64,000 nt of DNA, from contig JAHRHZ010000066.1 of assembly GCA_024137785.1 (NCBI GenBank), positions 1,733,880-1,797,879 of the forward strand, in the 5' to 3' direction. Shown in pieces: positions 39,098 through 52,448 of this stretch (positions within the stretch are counted from its first letter, which is position 1; each line of letters starts with the position of its first letter). A model generated the notes under the pieces. It did not search any database. It saw nothing but the letters and a program-made list of their open reading frames with translations, and was not told where the DNA came from. The position numbers and the translations under genes were made by a program. Origin of the DNA: Ginglymostoma cirratum. Taxonomy: Eukaryota.

Positions 39098-39989
39098 TAC
39101 ACACATCTAATTTATCCCCTACCATCTGTTTATTAACAATAAGAAAGAAATCACAACTTGTACTTCAGTTGAAAATCTGTTGCGGCCATATAAATTAGGG
39201 TGTTGGCAAACATTTTCGAATAAAATCCTGCCCTTTTGCAGTCCTCCAAAAATAAGTTTCTCAGTGTGTATATCTTTTTATGTGATAAATTACAAATTCT
39301 CAAATGAGTGATGCCCTTTTTTTGTTTTGAATGGTCTGTGCAATCTTACTACATTTGGCATCATCATTCTTCATTCTTTGTTCACAGCATGGATCCTTGA
39401 ACCATTTTCAAGATAAAGTTAGGTTTCATAATGTTTTAATAAGTTTGAGAGCAAACATTTTCCTGTGAGCTATACAGACAAGCACCTTTTTAGGTACATC
39501 TGTTGTCTGTTCAGCATTGCAACATTATATCCTGGATCATATATTTCTATTCCAAGCCATTTCCATTACTTCTGATTGGTGGGCTAAGGAGGTTTAACTT
39601 TCCTAATAGGCTGAAGAGGTAAACGTAAGAATTTATTGATAACAGGAATTTAAAATTTTGTACTTCATAAAGGGTAATCCTTTTGGTCTAAATCCTTACA
39701 AGTGAATGTTTAATCAAATGTAAATCTTCTGAGTTTTCCTGCTCAGTTCAAACAACACCCAACCTGGAAAATGATTCACATCTTTTGCTGGCAACATTGG
39801 GCATCTATTCCAGTTGCTCTTCCAGTGCCTGTCCAATATACAATGAAGATGAATATTAACACCGGAATATTGAAGGGCTGTGTGGCCTACTCAGCACCTA
39901 TTCCTTATGACCTTGTATCTTCCTAATAGAATTAACATGCGGAAAGGGGCCAGTTGTGACCTTTCCTGATAGCAAATGTCACTATTTTA

Positions 39990-40370
39990 ATTGCTGGTAC
40001 CAGTGAAGCAGAGGGACTATTCTCAACAAAATTGGATATGCTTTGAGCTTTGAAGACAAAAAGCTTTTTTTTTTTTTTGAAGGAATGGAAGTGGAGGGAA
40101 GCGAGATACCAGGAATAAAGGTTGAGACTGATTGCCTCTTACCATCTGACTTAAGGAAAATGAGGGTCAAATGGATGAAAGTTAAGAATGAGATAAGTGA
40201 TTGACAGTGAAGCAAGTAGAAGTTAACGATGGAACGGCTGATTGGATACTTCAAATGGGTCATTTTAAAGGATATGCAGTGAGGAATCAAAAGAGTAGGA
40301 ATCGGAGCCAAGAACAAAGAATAAGTGATGGGTAGAATTAAAGAATGCAGCTGAAGGGGAAACCTCATAG
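39990..40370 (-). mobile_element. Decayed L2-like LINE fragment
   Basis: Purine-rich + strand; minus strand gives a Leu/Pro/Ser-rich decayed frame. Confidence 0.35.
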
Positions 40371-42384
40371 CAATCTCACTATAAAATAGAGTTTTGGGAG
40401 TTTCTTGTGTACAGCCACCCCTCCACTGGGTAGCTCCATGTGTATTGTTGCTGTGCTGCTGTCATTAAGTTTTCTCCAAGTTGTATTGATTTTTGCACCA
40501 ATTTTATGTTAATTGCCATGCTGCACTTTCCCTGTTATTAAATGTAAACTGTTATTGGAAGTCCCTTTACAAACTCAACTGTTGGTACATGTACACTTTT
40601 TTGAAATCTTTTGAAGTCTGAAATTTTTGTCACTAATTGTAGTCTGTAATTTGTGATTAATGTTTGACTCTCAGTACCTTAAACTGCCCCATAAATTAAT
40701 TCTATCTGACTTGAGGGTTGCTGTTCTACAAGTGCCTTGAACACAAATCATACTAGGAAACTAAGCTTGTGGTGCAGTTTTCACAGTATGCAATATGGAT
40801 GTAAAGTCAATAGTTTACCTTAAACAGCTTAGGTTAAGTATATTTTAACCAAAAATGGCATTAAATTCTTTATCTAAGCCATTTATATTTAGCTCTGTTT
40901 GAAATTGTCTATGATAAATAATGTTAACTCTTCAATATTCAGTTAATTAGCCATATGGTTGATATCCAGGCAAAGATCGATGATAAATTGCTTTTAAAGA
41001 ATTTTGCATGACTTATGATTGATAGTGCAGTTTGGAAAATGGTAAAGGGATGAGCTTCATGCTCAGCCTAGCCATGCTTGAGCAAATCTAAACAGTGACA
41101 GCAGATTTTGGAAGAACTTCATGCTGACCTAAATTGCCTAGTTTAAACCTGCGATAGTTCATTGTGTAATGACAACAGGTTGAAATTCAGAATTGTGTTA
41201 TATGTGCAATCCTGTTTTCCTTGTGTATTACCGCATTTTATGACTGCATTAGATAGAACACATCTTCATGATTTAATGAGTGGTATTGTAAAACAGTTTA
41301 AAGCAATTGATTCTTCGCATTGATTTAGTTTCCATGCAATATTACCTGTTGCCAATCTGTGAATGATGAAGACTGGCATTAATGATGTTAATTATTCAAA
41401 ATATTCAGAAAACTGGGAGAAGAAATAAATTGGTCATTTACAGCTTGGCAGGTGAAAAACAAAAAATCAGTGTTTTGGCCTCAGAAATTTATAATCTACA
41501 TCAGAGACACATCCAAGTTATTAATAGATTCTAATTAGGCTGGCCAAATAGCAACTAAAAGGACTGGATGTTTCTTGTGCAGCAACTTTATTGACTGTAT
41601 TATTCACTCGCCCAAGCCCAACTTTTTTCCCCTTTTTTGGTATCTAGATGTCAATTAATAAGCCACTAAACCACTGCCTATTTAACCTTAATTGCTTATT
41701 ATCAATGCAGGTAGAAATAGCATTTACTATTATTATAGACTTCTAGCAAATGCAGTGATCCTTTTCCTTTCAAGTTGTCTGTAACTCTACCATCTTCGAT
41801 TTTCTTGCCCAGCTAACAGTGCTTCCACTGTTTGTGTGATATGCTAATTTTCAGCTCCGTCTATCACAGTATTCTTCAAATAAGATGTGGCGTTGCTGAA
41901 AGAAAGTTGTTCCTAATTTACTTCTGGGTTTAGCTGATTAAATGTCCCAGTTGCTACTGAACACCTTTCTTTTACAGATCCATCAGTAGCATTCACCCTC
42001 TATTTCTGAAACATTTTGTTGATTCAACTCTCGGCACCATATCTGAATATTTAAAGAGCTATAAGTGCTAGCTTCAAGCATTTTTTTTAAATTGTGTTAA
42101 GACATTAGTTAAATTTAAAATTGGGATATCACATGCAATTTTAGGCATCTCCTTACAAGAGAAAACAAAGTGGAAAAGATCCAGTGAAAATTCACGCCAT
42201 TACAACAGATGAGAGTAATGGGAAAGTGGAAGCTTGAGTAGTTGAGTTTTTCTTCAAATTAGAACTGAGTTCAAAGAATAACCTGACAAAGAATCTTCCA
42301 ATATTATGGTCTTGAATTTCTTGTGACTGCATGGAAACACGATACAGAAATGAGCGAAATCATCAGATAGTGTTTGAGTGATGT

Positions 42385-42635
42385 AGCTTGATAGATAAAT
42401 GTTGGTTCATACACAACAGAACTTCCCTACACTCAAGATAGTGGCTTGAGATTCATTATGTTCAAATGAGAAAGTAAATGGAATCTCAATTTAATATATC
42501 ATCCGAAAGGCAGCACCTCAGAATTCAACACTCCCTTCCTACTCCACTGAAGCCATTTGCTCTACCACATAGAACTCGAACCCACAGACTTCTGACTTCA
42601 AGGCAAAATGCTACAATTAATTCAAAGCTGACATC
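42385..42635 (-). mobile_element. Deu-domain SINE (SacSINE1/AmnSINE1-like), decayed
   Basis: tttaatatatcatccgaaaggcagcacctc resembles the reversed Deu core; reversed B box actcgaaccc ~42574. Confidence 0.65.
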
Positions 42636-44976
42636 TTATTGTGAAAATCAGTAGATATTTCTGTGCCGTTTATTTGCACGCATTTCCTCCACTTTTGTTT
42701 CATACTTCTAAGCTTCTACAACATGTCTCTGAATCAACTTGAACATTTATTGTATTAATATTTTAAGTATAAATTCATGACCGTCGCGTATGAGATATAC
42801 TTGGCAAAATACAGGCGTAGAAGCTTTTTTCATGATCCCCCTTTATGCATTATCACTGTAGAATTAGTTAGTAGTTGAAAAATAATAAACTGGGAAGCAA
42901 CCACTTTCATAATTGTGTCATTTTGAAACTTTTGCCTGGTGACTGGTTAAGTGTAAGGTCTAATAATCATATTTTGTTGTGAAGAAGTGCTTTGAGGCAT
43001 TTTGACAGTATTATAAACAAAAGTTATGCAAAGTAATTTATAAAGAAGAACTTTCACAAGACCTTCTGTTTTTTTTGTTCCTTTTGTTAACGAGCGTGAT
43101 CTCAGGTTGATTAATTTCAGCATGTTTTAGTCAACATGTGTGACTAGACACCTTGGTCTCATGCTCTTTCTAAAAAATGCAGTTCCCCAGCAGTGACCAG
43201 TTTCTGGTAAATCTTGAGTGAGATGGCAAGCCCAGGATTAAGCAATTACCCTTAAGTGCTGTATTGTGTGGGATATTCAGCACCTTTTTCCACCACTTTC
43301 AAGAAGTGGAGACAAACATGGCAACAGCGTATTGACTAAATTAATATGTTTATTTGTATCTAACACATAGAAATAGTGAACTATAATAAGAGCCTAAGAT
43401 TTAAATAAAAATAGGAACAGTCCTCAATGAGTTACACAACATAGTTCTTGCTGTTTGATGGAAACCAGGGTTGGTCTCCTGATATGGAGATATTTAACCA
43501 CACGGACTGTAACTGTTCAGGAAGATTTCATGACTTGACATTTGTAAGGTTGGTACAAATTTTAATTCTGCCTATGGAGTTTAAATCTGCAGGAAAAATG
43601 ATGAATGTGCTCCCTAAACTTGTGTTGGAAAGTCTCTAATGTTAGATATGCCAGTCATCCATGATTAATGGCACAATGGTAGGGACTAATGAGCAGATGC
43701 TCACACATCATCTTGCTGCTGCATGCCTGCTGATACTGTAACCATGTATAATATGATTCACAGTTAGCCAGAGCTCCTGTGTCCTGAAAGAAATGTCCAA
43801 ATCGATCAATCTGACTGAATTCCATACTCTCCAGCTAATTTTGAAGCTCGATAAGAAAAACAACTTTAAGTTTTCATCTGAGCTACTTTAGAAGTGTTTT
43901 AGAGTAAATACAGAAACCTCTCCATCATAATATTTATTTTCGCCCTGGTGTTTCAGAATCTTGTGCAAATATGGGAACACTGATCAGTTACCTACACACC
44001 TGGAAGTTTCCATCTATTGCTTTATCCTCTGTGTTAAGTAAAACTGAATGTTTATCCCTAAAAACATCATTATGAAACTGCTTTCTTAGTTCCGTATTCA
44101 CTTGTATTCATAGTTTCTTCTATTTTTCTTGATTTAGAAGTTACATGTAATTAGCCAGGATAGTGTTTGTAAGGCAGTAAGTTGAAAAGTAGCAATTGTT
44201 GCATTAAAGACAGCTTGAAGTGTTCCTATATAGCAACAAGCAATTTAGGGCAGAAGGTTTTAGTTTGGTCATGGTTTGAATCGTTAGCTAATGTCAACTG
44301 GAGTAGCAGTTGGCGTGTTTCATTGTCCATTTGAGTGAATGGATTTTAGAAAAAAATGAACCAAGATTGTCTAAATCTCTTTACTATCTAGTGACCCACT
44401 TCTGACACATCTGGGGGCTGCCATCTGTCACTAGGATTGGATTGCAATACAAGCCATGTCAGGACCGAGATTGCAAGGTGCCACAAATACACAGCCTGGC
44501 ATATGACTGCGAACTGCACACACAGTCAGTTCGCTGGAAAGTGTGCTTAATGACATATTAATGTCTTTTATGGTTTTAAATAAACTAACCCATGGAGTTA
44601 ATTCCTGTCGAGTGGTTGATTATTAGATGGTGAACAGCAGTAGAAATCATCATACTGATGAGGCTCATCATGCCTGAGCAGTCAGGAAGCAAGTTAATCC
44701 GCAAGTGAAACATGTGGTTAACAGTTTTAAATTATCTAAAGTCCATGAGACAAACCTTTGTCTTTGTTTTAACACCTGAGCTTGTTGAAATCACACCTTG
44801 CTGGTAAACTGATAAATCCCTAACAAGAGGCTAGTTCAACTTACTTGAGTAAGGCAAGTAATCAAGACGTATGCCAGATAGACAGCAAGGAAGGGAAAGT
44901 CAAAACCATATAGTCGGAATGTCCGCAAAATACCCTAAATTGGGACACTGCAGTCCTTCTAACAGAATTTAATATA

Positions 44977-46057
44977 TTTAAACTGTATTCAGAGCTATGA
45001 TTACTAGATGCAAGAAAACAAGCCACTGATATTTGCTTAGCAATGGCACAAAAGTCTGTGACAGACTTTGAGTTAGCATTAACAGCTGAAGATGTAAAAT
45101 ATTCCCAAAAGATATGACCAGTTCGGAGTTAAACTTCGATGTTTGTTGACTAGAATTTGTCATTTTGACAGAAGCCTAGAGAATCCGTAGACCATTTTGT
45201 GAGTAAAGGTAGAGAAAAGGTTTATTATGCAACATTTCAGGTGGAGAGTCGGGCATCACATCCACCCCCATGGATGCTTTCCATAAAGCTTTGCTTGTCA
45301 AATCTATGGCATTGAAGAGGTTCTAAATTATGGGGATAATTATGAAGTGATCCTCACAGGCTAATGAAACTTGTAAGTCCTAAGTACCATCTCGACAACT
45401 GATGCAGTTATGAGACCATCCCAGCATGGTAGGACATATGGAAGATGTGGGCTTCTGCACCAACAAAATACCCAACTTTCAGTCATTTTGCAGAGGATGT
45501 GGAGAAAAGGCCTTTGGCAGAGCGCTGGAACAAAGACTGATGCAGCTACAAAGAGCCATGCTCCAACACAAACAGGCAACACACAAGAGAAATACCTTCA
45601 TGCTACAATAAACACCATCTGGAATTCTGCCAGAGGCTTACAAATGAAGTAATCCACAAATCAGAATTTGATGATGTAGAGAATGAGACAAAGAGTGGTG
45701 AACACCTATTTCACACTGTCAACCTCATGAAAAGCCTCAATGTCATGGTACTGTCCAAAGTGTTTGCAAAATATTAACCTATCTGCCCTCAGAAAATTGG
45801 TGACTTCATTGTTGGCTAAGATTGATATTGGGGAAAATGCCAACATACTACCCCTGTGAATTGCAAACAACATGTGGCCGCAGATGTTGGAATCTGTGAC
45901 AAAACCTGCAAATTGTAAAACTTGCAGCATACAGCTGCTCACTAATCTCATGAGCAGAATCAGTTTAAACTGTGTTCAGAGCTATGGTTACTAGATGCAG
46001 GAAAGCAAGCCATTAATCTTTGCTTAGCAATTGGCACAAAGGCCTATTACAGACTTT
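44977..46057 (+). repeat. Two ~93-bp direct repeats flanking a GIY-YIG-like relic
   Basis: 44977-45069 and 45964-46057 align (tttaaactgt.ttcagagctatg.ttactagatgca...acagacttt); between them RQLMQL*D and CRGCGEKAFGRALEQRL. Confidence 0.7.
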
Positions 46058-46744
46058 ATTTTTGCATCTCCTCTTCTGCCAGGCTCAACCACCTCCTGGC
46101 TCAAAAGCTCCCTATCTTCCGCAGAACCCAATTTTCTCCTGTCCACCCCGATCTAACCTAAACACTGGATCACTTCCCTGCCCCCTTGCCACTCTGTCCC
46201 CTTTATACGGCATCATACCTAGCTGTCACCCTTCACCATCCCACCAGGAGTCTGACTTAGTTTGCACCCTACTGCCTACCTTCTGCAAGCAAGTCCTGGG
46301 GTCCCATATTCCCTCCCCAGCTGACACAGTGCTCACCTGGCACTCCATCCTCCCACACCCTACCATCGCACTTACCTTGTAAACTTGCCTTTGACACGTG
46401 ATGTTGAAGTGTCAATCAGGACCTTTAAATTTCAGAATGCAGCAACTGACTGCTGTGAAAAGGGAGCATAGTTTACCTTTCCTCCAACCGTTCTATGCTG
46501 CAAGAGAACTGTCAGAATGCTCTGGGCACAATGTCCTCTGAGAAATGTGGAACTCCCTTCCTTCATTAAACAAAAATGCTTGAGTGGTAACAACTACCCT
46601 AAAATTCTGGCCCAAAGTATTTTACTGGTTGAAATAAACTAACTTACAGCTAGTCCATCCCTGACAAATTAATTATTAGATCATTATCATGACAGAAATG
46701 ATCAAATAGTCTATTTTAAAGCCTAATAAATTTTAATCTGGAAA

Positions 46745-46880
46745 CCAGAGCTAACTTCCCTGCTCTTTGATTTGATGCCAAGGAACCTTGCATCCACCTA
46801 GATGACATATCCGGTTTCAGTTTAACATCTCATTTTAAAGAGGCCATGTCTGCAGTGAAGCTCTCTCTCAGCTGTATTAG
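46745..46880 (-). mobile_element. Second Deu-SINE-like fragment
   Basis: aacttccctgctc...cagtttaacatctcattttaaagag parallels 42420-42515. Confidence 0.5.
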
Positions 46881-48189
46881 ACTATCAACCCAGATTTTTG
46901 ATCTGACGTTTCTGGAGGTAGTACTGATACTAACAGATATATGATACCAGGATTGAGCAAGTGCTTCAGGAAAGTAGGGCACACAATTGGAGAATAGAAA
47001 GTACAGAAGCAGAGTGATACCAAATTATGGCATAAGATTTTAAGAAATCTATGCAGGTAGGGAAAATGGCCCCTTGAACCTTCGTCACCATTTAGTGAGT
47101 TCACGACAGATATAATCTTGGCCTCGACTCCACTTTCCTGCCTGTTTATTATAATGCTTGGCTCCCTTATAGTTCAGTAATCTATTTTAGTTTGGAACGT
47201 ACTTCAATAAGTCAATAATGTTGAGAAAATAGAGATTTTGTTTCTTGAAAAATGTATGGAATCCAAACCGTTTTGCTATGAGGACCTATCACCCATTGAT
47301 ATGTTTGTTTCCTGTGTTAATATTGAGCATAAATTCTACATATCTACGAATACAAATAGACAGCGTCACTACTTAAGACCACTTTCCAGCATCTGCTTCT
47401 AAATTCTGTGACGTTACTGTGGTCAGTCAGGCTTTATGTTCAGTGCTGAGCAGAATGAAAAGTGTAACATTTGCAGTGTATTCAGAGGTAACTTGAGGAC
47501 AATTTATCTTGGATTTTCAACTGAACAGACTTTTGCAAAAAACATTGAGCAGAGAAATAGAGAAATGTACTTAGTTCTTAAATGCAGAAAATGTCAGTAG
47601 TTCAATGAAATAGAAGACTTCAGTAGTCAAACATTATTTTCCTTGAAAATTGATGAATTGCTCACACTGCTAGTCACATTTGACAACATGTAGAGGAACA
47701 AAGACTGCCGTTCTGAAAAATTCATTATTGGAATTACAAAAATGGTCAGACAATAACTTCTTCAGATAGTTGGATGACAAATTTAGTGGAGACAGATCTG
47801 TCTGACTAATGTTAGTCTTCAGATAAAAATTTTCAAACCCCTGTTTTTAATGGATATGTTGGCAGATTGCACCCTCTCTAATGTCTTCTCATTTTCTTCT
47901 AAGCAGCTGCTTGATTTATTCATATGTATAAGCTAAAACTGAAAAGATATGAAACGTGAAAATGGACTAGGTTCTTGTTTACGTAGTCCAAAAGGGTAAA
48001 AATACATTATATTTTCTCCTATCCTTTATACAGTATCATTTTAATATACATGCCTAAGTATGTACATACATATACAGCTGATAAAAATCAGTTTTGACAA
48101 TAGGTCATCAACCTTACAAGTTTCTTGAACCCCAAATACTACTTGACCAAGTATTTTCAAAATTTTCAAAATCTCTGTTTTGCTGCTTT

Positions 48190-49385
48190 TTTTCATTCCA
48201 TTGTTGGGACGTGGACATCGCTAGCTGGCAAGCATTTATTGTCCATCCCTAGTTGCGCTTGAGAAGGTGATGATGAGCTGCCTTCTCAAACTGCTGCAGT
48301 CCATGTGCTATCAGCTGACTCACCATGTCCTTGAGAAAAGAATGGCAATGTATGGGGGTTGGGCAGCGGTGGAGGTGGCAGAACGCGGCAATGGCTTCAT
48401 GGATTATCACCTGGACTGTTAATCTAGACCTCCATATAATGTTCTGGGGACCCAGGTTTGAACCCTGCCACAACAGATGGTGGAATTTGAATTCAATTTT
48501 TAAAAAAAAATCTGGATTTAAAAATCTAATGATGACTATGAATCCATTTTCAACCATTGGAAAAGCTCATCTGGTTCACTAATGTCCTTTTAGGGAAGGA
48601 AACTGCTGACCTTACCTGTTCTGGCCTACATGCGACTCCAGATCCACTGCAATGTGGTTGACTCTTAACTGCCCAATGTGCAATAAATGCTGCCTAGCCA
48701 GCAATGCCTTCATCCCATTGATGAATTTAATAAAATAAATTCCGAATGAGTGACTTGGAGACGATTTTGTAGATGGTGTTTTTCCCAGATATCTGCTCCC
48801 CTTATCCTTCTAGGTCGAAGTGGTCGTGGGCTTGGAAGGTGCTGTCTGAGGATCTTTGGTGAATTTCTGCAGAGCATCTTGTAAATAGTACACTGCAGCT
48901 GCCAAGCATTGGTGGTGGAGGAAGTGGATGCTTGCAAATGTAATGCCAGTTAAGCAGGCTGCTTTGTCCTGGATGACGTCAAGCTTCCTGAGTGTTGTTG
49001 GAGCTGCACCCATCCAGGCATTTGGGGAATATTCTGTCACATTCCTTTACTTGTGCCCTTGTAGATGGTGGACAAACTCTGGGGAGTCAGGAGGTGAATT
49101 ATTCACTGCAGTTTTCCTAAGCTCTGACCCACACTTTTAGCCACTTTATGTGGAGGTAGTCACAGTCTGGCATTTGTGTGGCGCAAATGTTACTTGCCAC
49201 ATGTCAGCCCATGCATGGATATTTTCCAGATATTATTGGATTTGAACATGGAGTGCTTCAGTGTTTGAGGAGTCATGAATGGTGTTGAACATTGTGCAAT
49301 CATCAGCGAACATCCCCACTTTTGACCTTACGATGGAGAGCAGGTCATTGACAAAACAGCTGTAGATGGTTAGGCTTAGGCCAAT
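48190..49385 (-). mobile_element. CR1/L2-group LINE 3' region, same family as 34115-36205, interrupted by a SINE
   Basis: Minus ORF EYSPNAWMGAAPTTLRKLDVIQDKAACL; gatgttcgctgatgattgc (MFADDC, RT motif) reversed at ~49297-49315; reversed tail at 48195-48300. Confidence 0.85.
48385..48727 (+). mobile_element. tRNA-derived SINE with conserved central domain and LINE-derived tail
   Basis: B box GGTTTGAACCC; ggttcactaatgtccttttagggaaggaaactgc; tail caataaatgctgcctagccagcaatgcc. Confidence 0.8.
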
Positions 49386-49431
49386 ACTCAGATAAAGAGC
49401 TGAACAAAATGCTCTGAACTTTTAATGAAAC

Positions 49432-49565
49432 GTCTGAGAGAAGGGTCACTGGACTCAACATTAATTCTGCTTTCTCTGCAGATGCTGCCAGGCCTGCTGA
49501 GTTTCTCCAGCAATTTCAGTTTCTTGTTTCAGATTTCCAGCATTCGCAGTTCTTTGTCTTGTTTT
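49432..49565 (+). mobile_element. Penelope terminal-repeat copy with decayed hammerhead
   Basis: ctgagagaagggtcactggactcaacattaa...cagatgctgccaggcctgctgag. Confidence 0.75.
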
Positions 49566-50929
49566 AGTGTTGAACTATTTTGATTTCAGTTTGCCTGAAA
49601 AGTACTGAAGGGAACATTCTGCTGGAAATTTTAAATACTGTCTGCATGTACTCTTAACCTGTGATTGGAACTGCCACTCTGTTATCCTTCTAAAATTTCA
49701 CTGTCCTATTGAATACTTTATCATTGAACTTGCATGAACCAGTGCAATCTTTTCATCTACAGCTGTTCCAATCTCTCTTTCTCTAAACTTCAGTTGTATC
49801 AAAATATGCTGTTAGTGTTTTTGTTGTCTTAGCTTCTGATTTTTAGATGTTTTCCTTTTAAACTGGACTATTGTTGCAAAGGGACCAAATATGCAGCGGC
49901 ATATTACGCACTCAAAAGGGATGTGATGGATTGCGTTAAGCAGATATTTTACAAAAAAAAGTTGTGAAATGTAGTCTTGCATAGATTAAAAACCAAGAGG
50001 GCTGTAATAAGTTGGAAGCAAGTTAGAACTCGGTTTATAAGATTGTAATTTTACAATTAATTAGTTAAAATAACATATCTAGAACACAGTTGGTGCAATG
50101 AGTATTGAGGCCTTATTATAGCAGCTTATTCAATAGTATCGTAATCAACAACACATTGCCATGTGGGGACAGCAGATGTTCTTAATTACATTTAGCTCTT
50201 TTTATTGTGCCTATGTTTAACTGTAATTAAGTTACTGTTTCTGTAATGTTTTCATTTGCTTTGTGGTCAAAAGAAATTTAAAACAAAACTCCGTCGCAAT
50301 AGTGTTTATATTGTACAGCTGATATTTTGAGAATGTATTGTTCATTCCTTTGTCTCCTATACTCTCAATTTAGTTTAAAATACTTGGCAATTTTTACCCG
50401 TACTCAACCCCAGTACATCTCAGTCCTGATCCAAGGTATGATCTTGAGGCACTTCTGTTACTTTTGCACTTTAAATATTGCTTCTCCAGTTTTTTTTTGT
50501 TGTATTTGAGCACATCTACGTTAGTTTCCTCTGTCAAATCAAGGCAATGGATAACACTTCAATGGTTTGCCCTTAATTCCTACGTGAATTATGAATGTAC
50601 CATTGCCCATGTATCTTAGACACATCTCTTCAAAGATGAGAAACTGGAATTTTGGGCTTAAAGTTTAGAAATCTTGATCCTGGTTCATATCAGAGACGAA
50701 TATAAATGAAAACTTCCTACCAGGTAAAATAACCAATGTTAGCTAGTTTTAACACATTTAGTACCCAGTCTAAAAAGATGCACACATCCACACTAAACAA
50801 GGCAGACTTTCACGTACAGGCTCGTATTGATGTAAGTTATAGCAAGGGGCTTAGAAAGTCTGAATGTGATCAAACGATGTTTGCATGCTTTTGTGAAAGG
50901 GAAGTAATGTTGTACTAATTTGAAAATTC

Positions 50930-51415
50930 TTTGAGGAATTAATAAGTAGTGTAGATAACGGAGAAATGGTACATGTACTCTACTTAGAATTCCAAAGGCA
51001 TTTGGAAAAATTGCCACGCCAAAGGTTAGTACAGATTAAGAGACCATGGTATTTGGGTTAACGTAGAAGCATGGATTGACTGGTGGAAACAGATAATAGG
51101 CATAGATTGGCTCAACCTGAAATTGGCCAATGCAACAAGCAGTGTGCCACAGTGATCAGTATTGGGACCTCAACTATTTACAATGCGTAGTGATAACTTA
51201 GATGGTTGCTAAGTTTGATGTGATTAAGGAAAGGTAGGAAAAATGTTCAAAAGAGAACATAGGGTCTACAAAGAGTTATAAATGTGTTAAGTGAGTAGGC
51301 AAGCAAATGATTGATGGAATACAATATGGGAAAATGTGAACTTGCTTACTTTGGAAAGTAGAATAGAAAAAAGTGTAATATTTAAATGGGGAGAGATTGT
51401 AGAAATCTAAGATAC
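50930..51415 (+). mobile_element. Decayed CR1 RT fragment
   Basis: LEFQRHL/FPKAF-like ttccaaaggcatttg, agtgtgccacagtgatcagtattgggacc (GVPQGSVLGP-like), gctaagtttgat. Confidence 0.7.
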
Positions 51416-51514
51416 AGAAATGCAAGATTACCACATACCCGCACTAAGGAGCTCCTGTAAAGATGTACTGGAGCTGAGATGACCTCCGGCGGCCGCAAGC
51501 ATTTAGCGTTCTTG

Positions 51515-51625
51515 TGTGGCACATGGTAGTGACTGTACATCTGGGCCAGAAGGTCTGGTTTCACATCTCACCTGCTCCAGATGTGTCGTAACATACCTGA
51601 ACAGGTCGATTTTTAAAAATATCTA
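51515..51625 (+). mobile_element. Short tRNA-derived SINE
   Basis: gtggcacatggtagtg head; ends ctgaacaggtcgatttttaaaaatatct like the copies at 1385-1645. Confidence 0.55.
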
Positions 51626-52213
51626 ATTTTTTTCCTTTTAGATTGTCTGTCTGTTTCTACTTAATTTATGAAAACGAGAGAGAAATATTGACATAAGCAA
51701 CATTTTACATTCATAATTTGAAAAGCAGGAGTCACCCTTGCAAATAAGTGTTATGTGTATGACCTTCATTAAGTTCTTGATAAATTTAATAATTAATACT
51801 GTAAATATGGCATCAAGTAAGTTTGTTCTCATTCAAGGTCACCATTGCAAAACTTGTAAATCACTTTCCAATGTATCTTGAAAGAAGCTATTTAAGTAAA
51901 GGCCCAAAAGAGATAGAAGGAGGGAGCTGGATATAACATGTCATAGGTATTTTAGCTTAGGGAACGTGTAATTAAGGGTGTCCATGGTACCATCTTCACA
52001 CCCAACCCTAGTTCACCCCCCTCAACATGGAGTGTGGCAGGTGCTAAAATTGGCAGCCCCCCCACCAGATGTAAATAAATGACTAAGGATCAGTTGAGCA
52101 GGTGCACACCCCCAAATTTAGAAACTGAAGTCCACCCTTTTGATTTGGAAATTATGAACTTTATTTGCCTCAATGGATCAAAGTGTCTCAAACAACTTGA
52201 CTGCACACTAGAA

Positions 52214-52448
52214 GTGAAAATAAAGTACTGCAGATGCTGGAAATCTGAAATAAAAACAAAAAGTCCTGGAGAAACTCAGTAGGTCTGGCAGCATCTATGG
52301 AGAGACAGTTAATGTTTTGAATCTGATGTGACTTGTTCACAACTGGTTCTGACTCAGTGTCTGAACTTGAAATGTTAACTCTGTTTTTGTCACCATAGTT
52401 GCTGCCAGACCTGCTGAGTTACTCTAGCATTTTCTGTTATGATCTCGC
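52214..52448. mobile_element. Fold-back Penelope terminal-repeat insertion
   Basis: ctcagtaggtctggcagca ... tgctgccagacctgctgag inverted; degenerate TSD gactgcacactagaa (52199) / gactgttcactaaaa (52449), 12/15. Confidence 0.75.

Noticed and set aside
44655-44690. CTGATGAG followed by a gctca/tgagc hairpin
   Set aside because: No GAAA after the stem.
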